Source: Gemmatimonadaceae bacterium (lineage in GTDB: Bacteria; Gemmatimonadota; Gemmatimonadetes; Gemmatimonadales; Gemmatimonadaceae). From it: a stretch of DNA of 64,000 bases. The position numbers and the translations under genes were made by a program. Within the stretch, counting starts at the first letter, position 1; each line of letters begins with the position of its first letter. Location: assembly GCA_044224875.1 (NCBI GenBank), contig JBGAJQ010000001.1:128001-192000 (forward strand), in the 5' to 3' direction. This document shows, piece by piece, positions 60,104-64,000 of this stretch. The notes beneath the pieces were generated by a model. It saw nothing but the letters and a program-made list of their open reading frames with translations. It had not been told where the DNA came from and searched no databases.

Positions 60104-62743
60104 ATGGGTCTGTTGAGGCGCTTCTTCCGCGGGCTACACGCACTCACCCATGGCGACGCCGTGGATCGTGATGTGGACGATGAAGTGCGGCACTACGTAG
60201 AGCAGGCTGCGGCGGCGCACGTGGCCCGCGGCGCCAACGCCCAGGACGCAATGCGTCTGGCGCGCCTGGAGCTTGGAAGCACGACAGCCGTTAGGCAGCA
60301 GGTGCGCGACTCGGGATGGGAAAGTGGACTCGCGGCGGCGCTGACCGATGCGCGGTACGCCCTGCGGCGCCTGAGGTACTCGCCTGGGTTTTCGGCGGTT
60401 ACCGTGCTCACGCTCGCCGTCGGTGTCGGCGCCACGACGGCGATCTTCAGCGCCGTCAACGCTATCCTCCTCGAGCCGCTCCCGTATCCACACGCGCAAG
60501 GCATCGTGTCCGTCTGGGAGCTGGGAGACAATGGCCGGAGCAACCAGAGCTCGTTTGGCATGTACCGCGGCCTCCTGGACCGAAACGCGGTCTTCAGTGA
60601 TCTGGCGGCAATGAAGTCATGGCAGCCTTCCTTCACTGGAGCCCAGCAGGCGGAACGGCTCGATGGCCAACGCGTTTCCTCATCCTTTTTCCGTGTGCTG
60701 GGCATCGCGCCCGCGCTCGGACGCGACTTTGCCGACGCGGATGACGTTACCCGCGGTCCGAACCACGTGATCATCAGTGACGGTTTGTGGCGCCGCCGCT
60801 TTGGAGCCGATGCGTCGGTGATTGGTCGACTCGTGCAGCTGGAGGACAGTGCCTTCACCGTTGTTGGCGTGCTGCCGCCGACGTTCGAGAACGTGCTCGC
60901 GCCAACGGCTGAAGTCTACGCGCCACTGCAGTACGAGTTGTCCGAAGGTCGCGCGTGGGGTCATCACCTGCACGTCATCGGGCGCTTGAAGAACACGACG
61001 GGGATTGAGCTGGCGTCGCGCGAAGTGAACGCCATGGGGCGGGCTGTGATCGAACAATGGCATCCAGAGACCTATGGTGCTGCGACGCAATTCTCGGTCA
61101 TGACGCTGCAGGACGAGCTCACGCAGGGTGTTCGCCGGGCACTCCTCCTCATCTTGGCCGCCGCTGCGTTGGTGCTGGTGATCGCGTGCATCAACGTCAC
61201 CAACCTGCTGCTGGCGAGAGGAGTCCTCCGTCGGGGCGAGTTCGCGCTCCGCGCGGCACTCGGCGCCGGCCGCCGCCGACTCGTTCGGCAGCTTCTGACG
61301 GAAAGCGTCGTCCTCGGCGCCATTGGTGGAGCGCTGGGAATTGCGCTGGCACTGCTCGGGTCACGCGTCATCGTCGCCATGAGTCCCCCCGAGCTTCCAC
61401 GTGTCGCGGCGATCGGTGTCGATGGGCGAGTTCTCGTCTTCACGTTGCTCCTGACGACCGTGATCGCGCTGGTTGTCGGTGTGATGCCGGCTGTGCAGGC
61501 GGCGTCCGATGCCCCCCATGGTGACTTACAGCAAACGTCACGGCGCGCGATAGGCCTGCGGAGTGGCGTACGAAACGCACTGGTCGTGGCCGAAGTGGCT
61601 CTGGCGTTGATCCTGCTTGTCAATTCCGGGCTCCTGCTGCGAAGCATCGAGCGCCTCTTCGCCGTCCCTGTCGGATTCGATCCGTCGTCTGTGCTCACCG
61701 TACAGGTGCAGGTGTCTGGTCAGGGCTTCGAATCCGACAGTGCCAAACACCAATTCTTCTCGCAGGCAACGAGCGCCATCCAGGCCATTCCCGGAGTGGA
61801 AGCCGTTGCGTTCACCAGCCAATTGCCGTTGAGCGGGGACCAGGACGAGTACGGTGCGTCGTTCGACGCGACGCCCACGCAGGCCGCCGTCAGTTTCCCC
61901 GTGTTCCGCTACACGGTGAGCCCGGGCTATTTGGAAACCATGCGGATTCCATTGCGCGCCGGGCGCTTGCTAAATGACGGAGACCGGCGTGGCGCGACGC
62001 CGGTCGCGTTGATCAGTGAATCGCTCGCGCGGCTCCGGTTCGGTTCCGAGTCGCCACTTGGCCAGCAGGTGCACGTTGGAGGATTTCCGTCGGCTCCAGC
62101 ATACACAATCGTCGGCGTGGTCGGCGATGTGAAGCAGGTGTCTCTGGCGTTGAATCAGTCGGCCGCGGTGTACCTGACGACGACCCAATGGCACTGGGTG
62201 GACAACGTCATGTCCTTCGTCGTGCGTACAAGAGGCGATGCCGGCGCATCGACGCCGGCTGTCCGCGCGGCGATTTGGTCGATCGATCGCGACCAACCCG
62301 TGGTGCGCGTGGCGACGATGGAGCACCTGCTCTCCGCATCAGCCGCCGAACGGCAATTCGCCTTGCTGCTCTTTGAGGGCTTCTCCCTTGCTGCGTTGTT
62401 GCTAGCGGCGGCAGGGATCTACGGACTGCTCTCAGGGAATGTCGCCGAGCGGACGAGAGAGATTGGGGTACGCTCGGCCCTGGGTGCGACCAAAACCCAG
62501 CTGCTGTTGATGATCGTGCGTCACAGCCTGCGCCTGACATGCACGGGCATGGTCATCGGTTTGATCGGTGCGCTGCTGACGACTCGCGTAACGGTCGCCA
62601 TGCTGTTTGGTGTGTCGCCACTGGACCCGCTTACGTACGTCGGCGTGGTATTCCTGCTCATATTGGTTGCATTGGCGGCGAGTGCGGTGCCCGTCGCGCG
62701 CGCACTCGGAGTGGATCCGACGACCACATTGCGCGCCGACTAA
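60104..62743 (+). CDS. ADOP-type duplicated MacB/FtsX ABC permease
   Basis: D..DEVRHY, D.RYALRRL...PGFS....LTLA.GVGATTAIFS.VN, IACINV.NLLLAR...R..E...R.ALGAGR, ERTREIGVR.ALGA, VDP...LRAD; follows PadR. Confidence 0.92.
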   Translation: MGLLRRFFRGLHALTHGDAVDRDVDDEVRHYVEQAAAAHVARGANAQDAMRLARLELGSTTAVRQQVRDSGWESGLAAALTDARYALRRLRYSPGFSAVTVLTLAVGVGATTAIFSAVNAILLEPLPYPHAQGIVSVWELGDNGRSNQSSFGMYRGLLDRNAVFSDLAAMKSWQPSFTGAQQAERLDGQRVSSSFFRVLGIAPALGRDFADADDVTRGPNHVIISDGLWRRRFGADASVIGRLVQLEDSAFTVVGVLPPTFENVLAPTAEVYAPLQYELSEGRAWGHHLHVIGRLKNTTGIELASREVNAMGRAVIEQWHPETYGAATQFSVMTLQDELTQGVRRALLLILAAAALVLVIACINVTNLLLARGVLRRGEFALRAALGAGRRRLVRQLLTESVVLGAIGGALGIALALLGSRVIVAMSPPELPRVAAIGVDGRVLVFTLLLTTVIALVVGVMPAVQAASDAPHGDLQQTSRRAIGLRSGVRNALVVAEVALALILLVNSGLLLRSIERLFAVPVGFDPSSVLTVQVQVSGQGFESDSAKHQFFSQATSAIQAIPGVEAVAFTSQLPLSGDQDEYGASFDATPTQAAVSFPVFRYTVSPGYLETMRIPLRAGRLLNDGDRRGATPVALISESLARLRFGSESPLGQQVHVGGFPSAPAYTIVGVVGDVKQVSLALNQSAAVYLTTTQWHWVDNVMSFVVRTRGDAGASTPAVRAAIWSIDRDQPVVRVATMEHLLSASAAERQFALLLFEGFSLAALLLAAAGIYGLLSGNVAERTREIGVRSALGATKTQLLLMIVRHSLRLTCTGMVIGLIGALLTTRVTVAMLFGVSPLDPLTYVGVVFLLILVALAASAVPVARALGVDPTTTLRAD

Positions 62744-63001
62744 CTCGAAGGCGCACCGCATGGCTGAGTCGGCCTCAGCGGGACGATGAGCACGTGACAG
62801 TCACGAATCTCCGCCCGAGCTTCACTGCGCGTGTTCACAGGACGCACTTCAGGCCGATCCCTTCGAGGTAGTTGGGCGTGCACCTTCGCGGTGCTCACAG
62901 TTTGCCCCTGACGGGAAATGGTGAGCGTGTCCCGGCCGTGGCACATTGCCTGAGCCGTCGCATGTGCGCGTTGACGGCACGCCTTGGGTGGCGATCTGTA
63001 C

Positions 63002-63409
63002 ATGACGAGCTGGTCGGAACTCGGAGCTTCGCACGAGCGGCCTGCCACGCGCGATCATCTGGGAGCGCTCATGAGGCGTCACGTAGCTGCCGCACCCGGC
63101 ATCGGTACGCGGGAGACGTTGGGGGTACCGGTGTTCGGGTCGCGGGCGCTTTCGTCCGCTGGTTGGTGGCATGTGCTGGCGGGGGCGGCGATCGAGCTCG
63201 GCGGGTCGGTAATAATCCTGGGCGGACTGCTGAGACAGGATCGCCGCATCTACGCTCGCGGACATCGCCTGCGCCTGACCGGCCTGCTGCGCCGCTTCTA
63301 TCGGGCTGACCGGCATCTCGTCGGAACGCTCGTGGATCGGTGGATGCGTTCCCCGTGTGCGGAGCATACGGACGGTCGCACGCCGATCGACCAGAGACCA
63401 TCTGACTGA
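63002..63409 (+). CDS. Possible hypothetical protein
   Basis: ORF on the same strand as its neighbours with one hydrophobic segment; no recognised family; a competing ORF lies on the minus strand. Confidence 0.3.
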   Translation: MTSWSELGASHERPATRDHLGALMRRHVAAAPGIGTRETLGVPVFGSRALSSAGWWHVLAGAAIELGGSVIILGGLLRQDRRIYARGHRLRLTGLLRRFYRADRHLVGTLVDRWMRSPCAEHTDGRTPIDQRPSD

Positions 63410-63464
63410 GAAGCAACAACACCACGTGCGCTCAATCTTTGAGCTGCCGGAGGAGGTACTACTC

Positions 63465-64000
63465 GTGAGGATCGCCGTGATCGCCCCGTTGTACGAACGT
63501 GTGCCCCCAAAACTTTACGGAGGCACGGAGCGCGTCGTGTCGTTCCTTACGGAGGAACTCGTGGCGCAGGGGCATGATGTCACGCTCTTCGCCAGCGGCG
63601 ACTCGATCACGTCGGCCAGGCTTGTGCCGGTGTGGGATCGCGCCCTCCGGTTGGACGACCGCGATCCCGAAGCGACGTCGTTGCACGTGTTGATGCTGGA
63701 GCGGGTGTTCGGCCTCGCGCGCGACTTTGACGTGATGCACTTCCACATCGACGCGATTCAGCTCCCTTTGGCTCGTCGCTCCGCGGTTCCCTGTGTAATG
63801 ACCATGCATGGTCGGCTCGATTTGGTGGGTCTCAAGGAACTCTACGACGAGTATGTCGAATTGCCGCTGGTGTCGATCTCAAATGCGCAACGAGCGCCGT
63901 TGCCTGATGCTCCGTGGGCCGCGACCGTGTACCACGGGCTCCCAGGCGACCTCTTCAGGCCGAATGGATCGGCCGGCGACTACCTCGCGTTTCTCGGGCG
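63465..64000 (+). CDS. Glycosyltransferase family 4, 3'-truncated by window edge
   Basis: AGGAGG at 63451, GTG start; translates MRIAVIAPLYERVPPKLYGGTERVVSFLTEELVAQGHDVTLFASGDS...TMHGRLD...VSIS.AQR...VYHGLP. Absent from the ORF track. Confidence 0.9.
   Translation, partial: MRIAVIAPLYERVPPKLYGGTERVVSFLTEELVAQGHDVTLFASGDSITSARLVPVWDRALRLDDRDPEATSLHVLMLERVFGLARDFDVMHFHIDAIQLPLARRSAVPCVMTMHGRLDLVGLKELYDEYVELPLVSISNAQRAPLPDAPWAATVYHGLPGDLFRPNGSAGDYLAFLG

Noticed and set aside
63002..63409. Distant CsbD-like similarity in this ORF
   Set aside because: The resemblance is limited to spacing of Gly and Arg residues, too weak to call without a profile search.
1..64000. CRISPR array, tRNA/rRNA, transposase, integrase or prophage genes
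   Set aside because: I recognised no regularly spaced repeats, cloverleaf or rRNA signatures, or mobile-element protein motifs.

Overview
This is a GC-rich bacterial chromosomal segment with about 50 genes. Its gene repertoire (SusC/SusD-like pair, PadR plus ADOP-type permease, membrane Ser/Thr kinase with TPRs, DUF5916 barrels, alpha-2-macroglobulin) suggests Gemmatimonadota or a related lineage; that assignment is an inference. I found no tRNA, rRNA, CRISPR array, transposase or integrase. Gene blocks, in order: D-amino-acid enzymes; a TPR/HupE-UreJ/DUF6702/esterase/DUF5916 block; CcdA-TlpA; a trehalose operon whose membrane-anchored otsA is broken by one in-frame TAA; two tandem M19 dipeptidases; an orphan HicB-HTH gene; susCD; LytS with two LytTR regulators; ArsR-SRPBCC; alpha-2-macroglobulin; ppk2; a signalling and stress cluster; GH130; a GMC oxidoreductase pair; a Ser/Thr kinase; PadR-ADOP; and a partial GT4. 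Three observations stand out. (1) At 43.2-48.9 kb there is a candidate CckA-ChpT-CtrA/CpdR-like phosphorelay: a sensorless kinase with a degenerate receiver, a His-retaining pseudokinase paralog, a NarL-type regulator and a single-domain regulator. It sits next to csbD, ferritin-like and DUF4397 genes, and similar inverted repeats lie upstream of csbD and the DUF4397 gene. (2) A non-palindromic octamer YGTTAGGC occurs at least 22 times, embedded in genes through rare codons, in stop codons and between genes. (3) There are a few long intergenic hairpins, one resembling SRP RNA domain IV. All family assignments come from motif recognition by eye, not from database searches.
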